Assembly: GCA_008632985.1 (NCBI GenBank)
Contig: QPGO01000081.1
Location: forward strand, 248,001-312,000
Source of the DNA: Psammoneis japonica
Lineage: Eukaryota
Direction of reading: 5' to 3'
DNA length: 64,000 nucleotides
Positions 35,348 to 47,544 of the stretch are shown piece by piece (the first letter of the stretch is position 1; the number at the start of each line of letters is the position of its first letter). Below the pieces are notes generated by a model. The model did not search any database and was not told the DNA's origin. It saw only the letters and a list, made by a program, of their open reading frames with translations. The translations under genes were made by a program, and so were the position numbers.

Positions 35348-37329
35348 TTACACAACCTCCCTTGCTTCGTTGTCTTCACCCAGTACCCCGGGGCCAATAC
35401 TCTCTCCTATGAAATGCCTAGGCCACATCTTTCGAAGGTATGTACATTGCTCCATAACCTTAACATAGGATCTAGCATCCATTGGTTTGTCATTCTTCTT
35501 CTGTATCAATGAAGTTTTGGGCTTCGGCTTGTTTTTATCAAATAGATAGGCAATTGCAATTGGTTTCCTAAATGGATCAGTCTTGATTGAATGGCCAACG
35601 TGGGTATAAGAACAGGAGTCAGGAGTACTAAACACCGTGGTGTCATCCTCGAGTTCGATACGTATAATCTTTAGATTGGGCAACGAATTGACCAGCTGTC
35701 TGAAATTGGATGCACCAACCCTCGGACAACCAAATGCGTGACACGAGACTCGGATCATTTCCCTAAAGTTTGAGAATCTCAACGCTGCAATAGTGGCCAT
35801 GGCTGCGCCGAATGCGTGACCCGTCATGACGACATCAAAGAAATGATTCTTTGCTGCCAGAGCGTCGAGCAAATGAAAGACTCGATCTTCCAAATTAGAA
35901 CTGAAGTATGCATTTCGAAAGGGAGGGAAGACATCCACCTGCTGCTCTTCGCTAAGCTTGACGGGCGACATGCGTGTCTGCTTTTGTCGGACAGGCCTGG
36001 CTTGTTGGCTTGATGTTCCACGGTAGACTACGACAAACTGTCTAAATCTTTGGCTGCTGAAAACAGCTACTTCGATTCCGCTGTCTAGCTCATTTGGATT
36101 TTCTCGAAAGTAAGCCTCAATCTTGATGTCCTCTGGACACTTGACGAGAGCGTGAGCGATGGGCCAGTGTAGTCGTACCATTCCTTCAAGCTCCTCGCCA
36201 TCAATGAGATCCTCAAAGTCCTTTCTTGTTTTGCCTTTTAGACTTTCAAAGTCAAAATTCTGATCAACCTTGTGGTAATGATCGAGAACGTGACAAAGGC
36301 GACTGTGAAACAAGACTGTCGACTTTGGTGGGATTTCCACTTGGTGGGAAACTGGGTTTAATTCAGAAGAACGTATCGTCAAGTTGTCCATGGGCGTCAG
36401 AAAGCCTTGACAAGGCGCAAGTGTAGGAATCATCAGGTCATCTAAGCCTTGCTTCAAGTTTGATTCTGTCGAACAAGACAACCTTTTTGCAAAACTGCTG
36501 AAGGTGAGTTTGGTTTCGTCAGCACTGTTAGTTGTTGATGAGACCTTCTTCAAGCTTTCAGTCGTCTTCCTTGTCAAGACGAGATATGATTGAGGCGATC
36601 CGTTAGAGTAACGTTTTCTGTCGCTCGATGAATCGCCGCTTTCCTTTCTCTTGCTTTCCTTTCGTGCCACGGGAGCGTCGCTATTCACCTGGTCTACATA
36701 CATTCCAAGATCGTCGGGTCCGAGACTCCGGGCCTTCTTTCTGAATTTCTTCAAGAGTTTCTTGTCAGAGGTGAAATCACTGGCGTTATCTCCTAGGGTA
36801 TGTCGACGTCCCATACGCTCAAGTTCTTCGCGCTCGCGTGACGATAGAGCACGAGGCATTTCTTGAGCGAGGTCCCTTGCAATTTCCTTGAGGCCGTGAA
36901 CACTACTCGAGAAACTCTCAGGCACCAATGGCACCTTCACATATGAGCAAGCAAAGGAGATGAGAAAAACGAAACTGCGGTAATACCGAGCAAAGGTCTC
37001 ATACTTACCATAACGTCAGTTTGAGACACAGATTCAGACTTCTTGCTAGCATCTTGATGCTCCCTTCGATGGCTTTTGTCGTTTTCAAAACTAGAAATGT
37101 TGACCGTATTACTTTGTGAACGATACGACTTGAAAGACTGATTGAAATCCTCTCCATCATTCCTACTAGTATCGTCTCTACCTTCAGAAGCTGTGAGAGG
37201 GAAGTTGGCCGTACTTTTCCTTAGAAGATTGCGGACGGAACCTTTGCGTGGCGAGCCTTCATGACCAGCTCCACGTTTCTTTCTGGACAAGGAAATTGTA
37301 GGCGAGATCTCTTTGATTCGCGGTAGCAT
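35348..37329 (-). CDS. Lipase class 3 fold protein lacking the catalytic Ser; intron 36935-37008
   Basis: FVVVYRGT, VVMTGHAFGAAMATIAA, AFGCPRVG; a 107-codon exon 1 joins in phase 0 through GTAAGT..AAG. Confidence 0.8.
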
Positions 37330-37715
37330 GGTATGTCGAAAGATAAAAAAGCTTTCGAAAGGTTGCAATAGTTGCATCGAGTGAAAGTGTGGTTCGAGAA
37401 TGGTGAGCAAAAGATTGATGGGGAAAAGAAAGGCTGAAATCGTTTAACGGCTTTCAAATATTATTAACTTCAATGACTTAATATTTTAAATATTATGACA
37501 TGCGTTACCAGTTAAAATATCCGGTATCGGTTTGGCGTTCAACGGTCCAAAGAATTTTCTAAGGAGGGCTTTTCCGTTATAATTTTTATAACTCATCAAC
37601 AGCAATAATTTTTTCCTTTTCATTTGAGAAACTTCACAAAGGTCTATACTAAATTTGAAATATAGTATAACATGATAAAACATAACACATTTCCGTACGA
37701 CATGTACGTAGGGCC

Positions 37716-38400
37716 TACAGCATGGCAGGAGAAGAAGGATTGGCGAGCTCGTCGCAGGAGCTCAAAAAAATGCTGGCACTCGCCTCCACCAAGAGAAAGT
37801 TCCTTTGTTTTGTTGGCTTGGTGCAAGGTGGGGCCTGCTGGAGGGAGAGAGAGAGAGAGAGATCAGAGATCAACCAAAATGTGCAAAGATGAAGTTGTTG
37901 TTGCCAAAACCTCCACTCATCATTGTTCTCCTTTTTGGGGGGAAATCACGGGCTGCTGAGAAAGATCAAAATTGTCGTGCTCTGGTGGAGCTGAAAAACA
38001 TGCAAAGATGAGCTGCTGTCACTGCAAAACCTTTTTTCATTGTTTTCTATTTTTGGGAAATCAAGAGTTGCTGAGAAAGACAAAAAAAGTGTTGTGGTGC
38101 TGGCGGCGCTGCTCATTGGCTTCTTGCTGCTGTGAGACCCAGGTCCTGAGCGACTTCAAACTGGTGTGGCAGGTGCACTCTGGATGAGTGCACAGACCAT
38201 TGCCATGGTGAAAACATGGAGAACTTGTCAAAAACCCACCGGAGATGATGATGATGTTGACACGGCAGACAGGGTGTCTCCAAACATTCGTCCTTTTTTT
38301 GCCATTTTGCAACAGAAGCTCTGTTAGACCCTCATTGCCACATGGTTGTGATCATCCATTTGGTGATGCACAGTTTGGTGAGAAATGTTGAAACTGTCAG
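37716..38400. mobile_element. Dispersed repeat copy 1 (hypermutated block D)
   Basis: About 37722-38110 aligns with 51485-51850 (shared tggcaggagaa..ctccaccaagagaaag..caaggtggggcctgctgg..tgaaaaacatgcaaagatgagctg). Confidence 0.75.
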
Positions 38401-38696
38401 TCGATCGAGGTGGACATTTGGTTAGAAACGGGGGGGGGGGGTAATTTTTACACACGGAGCTGGGACGGAAAGCAGCGCGTGGGTGGATTGCATGCTCGCT
38501 CAAGCAGTCCCATACGACGTAATGCTAACATTAGCGTCCAGGTGTTCAAACATGTCAAAGCTAGCTAGCTAACTGCATTAGTCCACAACTGTGTAAAGCA
38601 TGCCCACTTGTTAACATTGTGGTGAAAGTGAAACCAATCCGTATTTTCGTCGGCCTCAGCATCAGGCAGTCACTGCTACATTGAATTAAACTCGGT

Positions 38697-39963
38697 CTAC
38701 CGGCATCTTCTCGTCGTTTCTTCTTTCTCTGACAAAGAGCTTTTGCTCCCTCCGTTTTCTGGAAATGTCATTGACGTAGCTCCAGCTACAACGTAAGAAG
38801 CCGACGAGCCATCTCCGTTGGACAGGTTTTTAGCATTGATTCCGTTTTCTTGTTCCTGCAAGGCAAGAAAGTCCGTAGTAGCTAAGGATCCAGGAACATC
38901 TACACCGTCCATTGATTCCGCTTCTGTGAAAGCCTCGGGCCTTCTATGGAGCTATGGACCATCGCTGTCGAGGTCGGCTGCTAGAACACCCGGCGCGTTC
39001 ATCGATGCGTCCTTTTCATTGACATTTCTTCTCCTCCGGTTAAACAAACGCCACAATAGCAAAGGCCAACAAGCAATGATTCCAATGCAGAGCAAAGTGA
39101 TACCCAAAGAGTCTAAGCCACCGCCGCCAGAGTTGTCACCAGTGTCTCTGGTCCCGTTGTCGCCTTCAATACCCGATGTTCCCTCGCCCCGTTCGTCAGT
39201 CCTGTCACCGATAAAAGAAGCCTTTCAGAGATCTCCAGCTATATATCATTCTGCATACCTCCACGAATAAATCGCTTGAGCGCAATTCTCACGAAAGCTT
39301 CCTGACTTGGATCCGCCATCACCCCTTTTTCATATGCTGTCAAGAAGCCCAGTCATGGCTTGGCATGTTGAGCCGCTAGAGACGGAAGGGGGGACAAGAA
39401 ACCCGCACTTAGCTAAATGCGACAAAACATTGAAAGCAAAAGAAGAGGCAGAGAAGATCGTTTCAAAAGCATCAATGTGTGTCAAACACGATTGACTTAC
39501 GATGTTCCAAGTCCTTTTCGTCAATAGGATCTGAACTTAGTGAATCGAAAAGGTCAGGAAAATTACCTCGACACTCTCAGTAATTGGGCAATCAACAAGA
39601 CCTGTAGCTGTAGCAAGTTGTTCCAGAGGATGCATCCTTCTAGGCTAGAGCTGGTAGAGTGCTGTTGAAATCGGCCCCTGTCGTGAAATGCGTCTCATGG
39701 ACAAACTCCACCACTATTCTTGACGGATCACGTGCGATCGCGGTATCGTTACTGGCAGCCACCCTCCCATTACAATCATGGCGTAATATTGCATGTATTA
39801 GGATCATCTGTCTCGGTTGATTCAAAGGATCGTTCGAAACGGCAATGCGACACGGGCTAATGTAATCGACAAACACCTGAAAAATATCATCTTCGAGCTC
39901 GGTTAGCTCGCGAAATGGAATGAGAGGAGCAAGTTCTCCGCGGCGACGGAGCACGGAGCACAT
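38697..39963 (-). pseudogene. Probable degraded single-pass membrane protein gene
   Basis: A TM segment (LGITLLCIGIIACWPLLLW) followed by RRRR is visible on the minus strand, but the frame has several stops; composition is normal. Confidence 0.35.
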
Positions 39964-40190
39964 TATTTCTCATAGCGAGGTGTGACGAGTATATGGCGAA
40001 TGGTTTCCAATGTCTTGAGGAATGTGTTGGGGTGTCAAAGAATAATGAACACACCACATAGTCGCGTCGTTTAGGAATGTTGGCCTCTCTAGAGGTGTGA
40101 GCTCACCGTCGGGTTTTTCTTTGTCATTGCAGATGGGATGGCGTTTAGTTTCTTATAGTTTGTTCTTGATACGAGATGCTGGAGATCATT

Positions 40191-41213
40191 CTAAGATCGC
40201 TTCACCGGCCTTTGCCCAAAGATGTTGGGAACATAAAGCGGCGTTTGCTTCTGATAAAAAGCATACTTGGGTACTTTGACTTTGAGATCTTCTCAGTTAG
40301 CCAACCAGATATTTGGAAAAGGGATATTAGCAAGAGGCAGCCAATACCGGACCAGTTCCACCAGTGGCCCGTGACGGACACAGCAAAAAGGTAGAAGCTA
40401 ATCCAAATGGCTTGCTCTGCTGCGTACATTGGTTTGCGCACCACGGCAAAAAGTCCGGATTGACAAAAGCCATCCGCAAAGTCCCCCGTCAAAGGCTCTT
40501 TGTTTGCTTGACGCCTGTATTTTTCCGTTTGAAATGCGTACTGTTGATTATCTGCAATGCCTTCAACGGCGACAAAGCTTGTAATTAGAATAGCCGCGGT
40601 AAAATCCAAGGAGTTGAGCGGAACAGCCCGACAGTTTGGTGAAGTAGCCACGGTATTAGCAACAAAGGATGGTGCCACAATCAAAAGAAGCAGTACATTT
40701 TGATACAAGCTGATAAAGAAAAAGTTAAAGGCAATCCAGGCAGCAGGACGCGTCAAATGCTGAGAAATCCGCCGGTTCGAATGAATTCCCACTACATCAT
40801 GCGAACCAAAAAATGCAAGTCGTGAGGGTTTTGAGAGAAAAAAAAGAAATCTCTCTTCGTGTCAATTTCCAACTCACACGATAGTCTTCATCCCCTTTCC
40901 ACGGTGGCCACTTGTACCCACCACGCCTCGAGAAGTTCCACGTCAAGCGAACTCCCCAAACAGTTGTACAGATGGCAACCAGCAATGTACGATTGTCGCA
41001 TGCTGCAATCCATGTGTACATAACGGGCGTGATACTCCATAGCTTGTCGACTTGCGAGTAATTCCTCGTGACGGTTGATGTGACAAAGGTTACAACGACG
41101 ATGCAAGCACACACGACAACCGCGATATTACAATTCGTGCCTGGTGTCAGAATGTCCTCAGACATTGATAGAAAGGGTTCACAACTTGTTGGAGTGGCAG
41201 AAGATGACAACAT
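40191..41213 (-). CDS. DUF1295 / steroid 5-alpha-reductase-like membrane protein; intron about 40792-40877; two apparent 1-nt deletions
   Basis: NYSQVDKLWSI, WGVRLTWNF.RRGGY, EDYR|W, ADNQQYAFQ, GF..SGLF..R.P.Y. Restoring one base at about 40757 and one at about 40268 gives FLSILTRP and KYPKYAFYQKQTP. Confidence 0.8.
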
Positions 41214-41502
41214 TCTCAATCCAGTCTGCTCTGCAATGTATGGCACTTATTATGATATGCTCCGCTTCCTACCGGTAAGGAAATAACCGGTAACCTTACC
41301 GGTACGTAGACTACCGTACTTCTAGCTTCGCTCGGGCGGCCGGGGCTGATGGTGCCGGCACGTGCGTGTGCGTGGTGCGCACCGGAAGTCCAGCAGACTG
41401 CGCGCGCACGTCCCACATCGCGCGCGATTGTCGAGCGCACGCACTTGCCGGTCCGAGATCTCGGAAATTCCGCGACTTCGGAACCCGAAACCGCGGACAG
41501 AA

Positions 41503-41533
41503 TCCGAAATCGCGGAGAATTCGCGATTTCGGA
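41503..41533. repeat. Perfect 12-bp-stem inverted repeat at the edge of block E
   Basis: tccgaaatcgcg-gagaatt-cgcgatttcgga. Confidence 0.85.
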
Positions 41534-41889
41534 ATCCGACATGTAAGAAAATTTTGCACACCTTTCTGCGTGTGCATGGCATCATCTGTTGTGTTGAAAA
41601 CTGTTTTTTGGCTCTTCCGTTTGCACTGCCCTTTTGTTGCTCTGGCCCGTGCTCGTTGCTTGCTGCTTGTGCCCCAAGCAAAGAGCAAAGCTTTGCAGCG
41701 GCAGAGCAGCATTTTTTGTTGCGGCACATGGCAGCAAGCTGGGCAGGAGCAGCACTTTTCATTTGGCACACTGGCGCTTTCACACCTCCCTGCTTGGCAA
41801 CACCCCTTCTTGCAACACGCTCCAGGTCCAGGTGGGACCTCGCACTGCTGGGCTGCGACAGATGTGCTCCAGGTCTGAGTGGGGCCTCG

Positions 41890-42600
41890 CGCTGCTGAGC
41901 TGTGACATTGACAGTTTTTTTTTATTGCGTCGCATGTCACGCACGCACACTTCTTCATGACTTTGGTGAAATTTTGCATCATTTTGTGGCACAAATGTCA
42001 GGCAATCCATTCAACAACTTTTGACATTTTTTTCTTCTGCACCATTCTTGAGTGTCTCAAGAGTGGCACAGGGCAGGTGCATTGTCCAAAGCTTCGAGTG
42101 CGAACAGAGACTCATGTGCTGCAAACTTGGCCATTTGTTTTGTGTCAAAGACAAACATGTCCATTGACCAGAGTGCGAGCTGCAGAGCTTGCACGTGGAA
42201 TTCTGCGGGGCAAATGTCACAAAAAGTCCCGCCTGGGACTGGAGCCCATCAACATCAACAGTTTTTTGAATCTTGTCACATGTGGCACTGCACACAGATT
42301 TCTGCGTGATTTTTTTGACATTTTGTGTCATTTTGCAGTGCACTTGTTGAGCGATCCGTCCAACAACTTTTGACATTTTTTGTTGCAGCACGATTCTGTG
42401 ATGTCTTGGGAATCGCGCAGGGCAGGTGAGTTTGCAAAAATGTCAAGTGGCAAGAGGCACAATTGCACCACAAACTTGGCTGTTCATTTGATGTTGAAGA
42501 CAAACACATCCATCAATTAAATTCTCGCACTGCGGAGCTCGCACGCAGAATTCTGCCAGCCCAATGTCACATGGAGTTCCGCCCAGGGCTGGAATGTGTC
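41890..42600. repeat. Diverged tandem repeat of about 349 bp (2 units), possibly TE subterminal
   Basis: caacaacttttgacatttttt at 42012 and 42361; shared cagggcaggtg, caaacttggc, agacaaaca, gaattctgc and aatgtcaca. Confidence 0.8.
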
Positions 42601-45600
42601 TTGCTCCTCCGCGTGTGCTTTCTGTGTTGACTGAATTTTGGGCGAAGCAGATGATGACCCAGCCATGTTTTTGGGCACTTTTCTGCAGCGCACCCTTTGT
42701 GAGGCTGCTGCAGCAGGCTCTTGTTGGCTTTGTCATTCACTTTGGCAGCTGCACGCTTTTGGCTCACATTGCCTGGCACTTGTGTGGCTCCTGCACAAGC
42801 CTGGATCTGACCAGCAAATTGGCAACCTGGTGCTTCCTTGCGCACCATTTTCTGGCACCCCTGGTGACTCCAGCTCTTTGGAGCCTTTTGCCACAGTCCA
42901 CCATGGCAAGCTCTCTTGCTCTCCAGCATCTTTGCTGCTGCAGGCCCAGTGCCGCAACAGAGCATGGCTGCCTTTGGAAGAAAGGCCCCACTCGCAAATG
43001 GTCTGTGAGCAATGGGGGGCCCTGTCTGCCCCCCTTCTTCCAGCCAAGGCAGGACAAGAACAAGCTGTTGCCTCCAAGCACAAAATTTCCCTTTGCCCAT
43101 CTGATTTAGAGCAGCTTGGTTGTTGCAGCGGCAGCTGTCAGATGTTTGTCAACCCCGTGTCTGCTTGTGCAAACAAGCACTGCAGAGGCAGAGCCTGCTC
43201 TGGCAAGACTCAGGAGCAGCACGACTCTGAGTTGGCTGCAGCCCAAAAGCCTTGGAGGCTTGTTTTGTCTTCTCCCACATTTGCCTCCTCTGTTTCCCCA
43301 GCAACTGAGGAAAATCATGAGATCTGGTGCAAGAAGATTTGGCATTTTCTGGCCATGACTGGGTCATGGGATGTTGCAAAGAAGGTTGCCACCCCATTCG
43401 TGGGTCCTGCCATTGCAGGTGGTTGTTCCTTGGTGTTTCGCAAGCTTTTTTGGGGGGGAATTTGGGGATCAAATGACACGCTGCTCCAAATTTGTCATCG
43501 TTTTCTTGGAGCTTGATGTGCAGGACTTGAAGACAGCGACATTGATGCCCGCGGGTCTGCACCATTTTCATTGCCGTTTTGGCTCCATCCCTGTTCCATG
43601 CCATTCTGCCATGGCACTGCTTCTGCCCTGGTCCATGCCATCCTGCCATGGTGCTGCCTCTGTCCTCCAAGCCACTGCCATGATTGCACAAACTGGGCGA
43701 GTCCCTTGAGCTCAAGTGCCAACTTTCTGCCACTGCCCATGCCAATCTGCCACCTGCTTTTGTCACCCTGCTCCATGGAGCATGGATCCAGCAGATGCTC
43801 TTCCATCTTTCCTCCCTGCCCGCCTGCTGTTGGCAATCCAGACATCCCAAGTTTTGCTCCTGCTGGTGAGTTTCCATTGCTTGTTTGCTTGTCATTGCCT
43901 TGCATTTGCAGAAAACTCACCTCCTTGTGTTGTCACATCTCACCACAGATGATGTGGTCATTTTTCAGGCAATGGTGTGGTGCTTCTCTGTGTGAGTTTT
44001 CATGCGTGCCAATGCTGTCTTGCTTTGTTTTTTTGTTCAAGATGTGGCACTGACTCAAATGGATCTTTCCTCTTTTTGTGCCCTTGCAATGTTGTTGGAT
44101 TGCTGTCCTCATTTCTCTCTCTGGTGTTTGCATTGTTGTTGGTCTCTTCACTTGCGCCATCTCTTCACCATGCTCATTTCCCCTGATGTTTGTGCATGCT
44201 TAATTTCCCTCACATGTGGAGTGCCAAAATGCTGCCAAATTGCATGGTGATGGCAGTCAATGGTTTTTAGAATTGCTTGGGCCCACCCACACTCAAGCAG
44301 TGGGAGTCCTGTTGTGGCTCCCTGTTCTCAAGTTGAGGATGATGGGGAGCACCTTGGACCTGCCACATTGTTGCACGACAATGCTGTGGTGGTGGTGGTG
44401 GGTGGTGGAGGGGCTCAGTTCTCTGGCACAATCTTCTTTGGTTTGAATCACGTGAAAGGGGGGGGGGCATTTTTTGAGAACTGGAACGAGATTGTCCCCT
44501 GACTCTGTGATGCACCAATTGGCTTCCTTTCTTCATTGGTGCACAGCTTGCGCGAGCCTTGATCTCTCCACTCTTTTACATGGTGGCAGCAATTTGTTGT
44601 GAAAAAGGTTGTCATTGGTGAGTTTGAGCCTGGGTCCCAGAAAAATGCAGAATGGGAAAAGTTTTGCCACTGGTGGTTGGCCGCATGCCTTTTCACAAAG
44701 CAATGCATTCAAACATGCAAAGAGCTGATTGGACGGCACTGCGAAGGTGTTTCAGTGATGCGCCACATGCTTGGAAGCAAGATTGGCAAACAAGGTGCAT
44801 GCTTTCAGTGTTCATGGCTTTTTTCACTCCTTTCATTGACGTCTCATCCCAATGTGCTTTTCTTTCATTGGCATTTTGGCCTGGAAGCCAGCTGGTGACA
44901 GATGACACATTTGATTTGTTGCGAACTGGTGATGACATTGTGTTTGGGTTGAGATTTTCCATCATCTGCACAACAAGTGATGGGGTCAAGTGTGTTGTCA
45001 TTTGTGCTGGTGCAAATGTTTCCAACAAGTGTGTTGTGATGGTTGGATCAGTCATTGGAGTGGGTGCTGTTCACGGTTCAAATTCTCTCTGCTCGGAAGG
45101 AAAGTGCTTTCCATCCAGGAGCATGTGGTTCAGTTCAAGCAAAAGGTTGCACACCAACATGCCATCAAGAAGGTGATTGAAGCGACAATGAATGCTGCCA
45201 ACCACTGGATGACAAAGACTCAGATGGCACTCCCTCACATGCAAGCAACCATCTGGACCCACGTGCTGTCAAGATGAAAGGAGATGAGACAACTCTTTGA
45301 CCTTTTGGAAAGGCTTTCTACCTGTGAGGCAGATGTCAGAATTCACAATTCTTTCTCTCAAAAGCATGAGTCTTTTCTTCATGGCCAATCAAATTTTTCA
45401 GCTTGTCTTTCACCTTTTGGCTTCATGTGGGGCTGCGCAACTTGCCGGATGAGCTCCAAAAGATTGAAATCAAAGACAGGTGCACGCTGTGGATGCATTC
45501 TTGTGTTCAGCAAGGAGTCCGCATGGAGACTGGCAGCCAGCTGTTGGAAAAGTCAACTGCCATGACTGGGGAAATCACAGACTCGCGATCGGTCTGGCAG

Positions 45601-45887
45601 GGTGGCCTTGCATTGCGCTGGTTCAAGCACAAGGACAAAGGTTTGGTCACACACATGCCACCTTCCGACGTTGATGAATCATCCTGCGGCATTGAAGTGG
45701 AACTGACAAAATGCACATAAATTTTAATCTGGCAATTCAACCAAACGTTTTGAGTGCATGTCACATGCAGCTCAAACAAGTTTAAACGTCAACAATGCAC
45801 GTCCTAGACAACCGACACCAATTTGTCGAAATTCATGCAGCAAGGGACACTTGCAACTCACATGTCCAATTGGGACCAGCTTCGAAT

Positions 45888-47544
45888 TCAGGACACCCAA
45901 TTTGTCATCGCTTCAATTCCACAAAGAATGCTGTGAGCTTCTCTTTTCTTCATCTTTTGCAGCTGCTTTGCTGGTTGAATTCCTGGCCATGACACCTCAA
46001 GGGATGTTTCATTTGATGAGTGTTGGTGAACCAGAGACTCTTCATTTGACGAGTGTTGGTGAACCAGAGCCTGAAAACGTGGTTCGACAACAAGGTGGCC
46101 AAAGCACAATGGATTGCCCATCAGAACATGCCGCCATGTAGGGTTGTGCTCAAACAGCTGCACAACACAGCACAGTGCACATTCGACCTTCCGCTCCATG
46201 GCCAGAACACCTGTCAAATTGTAGAGAGCACCCTCGATTTCTGCATCCTCTTCAGCAAGCTTGAGAGCAAAGACTAACTCATTCTCTGCTTCTTCAAGCC
46301 TGCCTGATCGTTTGAGCACAGCAGCCCTGCAGGTGATGACTCTCGATTTGAAATTTCTTCCCACCTCTTCAGGCATGATGGCAATCGCCAAAGAGCAGGT
46401 GCAAAGGGCTTCCTGACTCTTGTGAGCGTTGGCACAACGCATGCCCTCATTGTAGAGGTGCCAGAACTCGTTTGAGGGAGACGCAAATTGTCAATGCAGG
46501 GCTTGTTCTGGTGTTGCTGGCATCCTTTGTGCCTTGGGTGCAGAAGCAGGTGCATCCTTTTGTTCCTCAAATGATTTGCATTGGTTGCCAATTTCATTCA
46601 GAATTCCGTGTACGTGCTCCTTCAAACGCTCTTTCGCCTGATTGTTTGTGCCATCGTACCCACCCGGCTGGGCTTGCAGAAGCTTCAGAATGTGATCCCG
46701 CTCAGATGTTTGTGAGGCCTCGGCTTCTTCCACCTTGATGCTGTGGAGAGCTTCTTCAAGAATCTCAACCGGACTCTGGCTAGAGTCTTCTCGCTCGAGC
46801 AGCAAGTCTCTGATAAGACCAAGCTTCTCCCTGGGTGGCAAAACCACAAAGACCTGGCAGCTGTTGCTGGCCAGTGCTTGAGACATCTCGCAGATGCGCC
46901 ACATGCATCGGAGACAAATTGGGTTTTGCCACGGTGCCATCATGCAAACAATCCTTCCAATTCTTTCTACGCGGCTGCCAAACGTGTCCAAAAACTCTGC
47001 TGTTGGCACATCTGCCTTCGATGCTACCCTGTGCTGGTTGACACACAGGAAGCACATCCACACGAAAGTGGACCCAAGCTCCAGGTTTTCTCTCTTGCAA
47101 AAATCAACCAGTGTTCCCACAATGTCACCAACCATGCATCTTCTCAGAAGAAAGAAGGCAGCATGAGGTGCAAAGCATTGTTGCATTGAGACCATAGAAC
47201 ACGGATGCTTGCCCCCATGTGCAGCTGAGCATGTGCGTGGCAGGTCCCACGTCATCAGATCCTGTCAAACAATGCACGTAAGCAGCTCCGATTTCTCCAT
47301 CCAGAGGACAACAAGTTCTAAGACCCCTGCTCCGAATGAAACCAGGTGGGCCTTCCAAATCCTCAATGTCACAGATCGTGGACTCAAGCAAGAAGCCCGC
47401 CCCTTGCACTTCATCTAGAAACACGTCCTTGAGGTGATGCACCGACATCCCGTCTGCGTCTGTTCTTCCCATTTTTTGGTGACCTCCAGTGTTTGTTGGC
47501 CCTGCCGGTAGCCCTCTCCATCTTGGCACAGGCCCATTGCGCAT
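45888..47544 (-). pseudogene. HET-like domain + TPR gene (diatom 'kinesin light chain'-annotated family), hypermutated; intron 47140-47212
   Basis: GMSVHHL, CPLDG..GAAYVHCL, ATHMLSCTWG|CMVGDIV, FVWMCFLCVNQHRV, MMAPW.NPICL, AEAS..ERDHIL, then TPR-like helices; family Tyr positions read Cys. Confidence 0.75.

Noticed and set aside
37716..37730. TA+CAG start as a Tc1/mariner terminus
   Set aside because: No convincing matching inverted terminus found at the other end of block D.
42600..45880. Possible tyrosine-recombinase or Ulp1-protease TE genes
   Set aside because: Too degraded; no diagnostic motif could be read with confidence.
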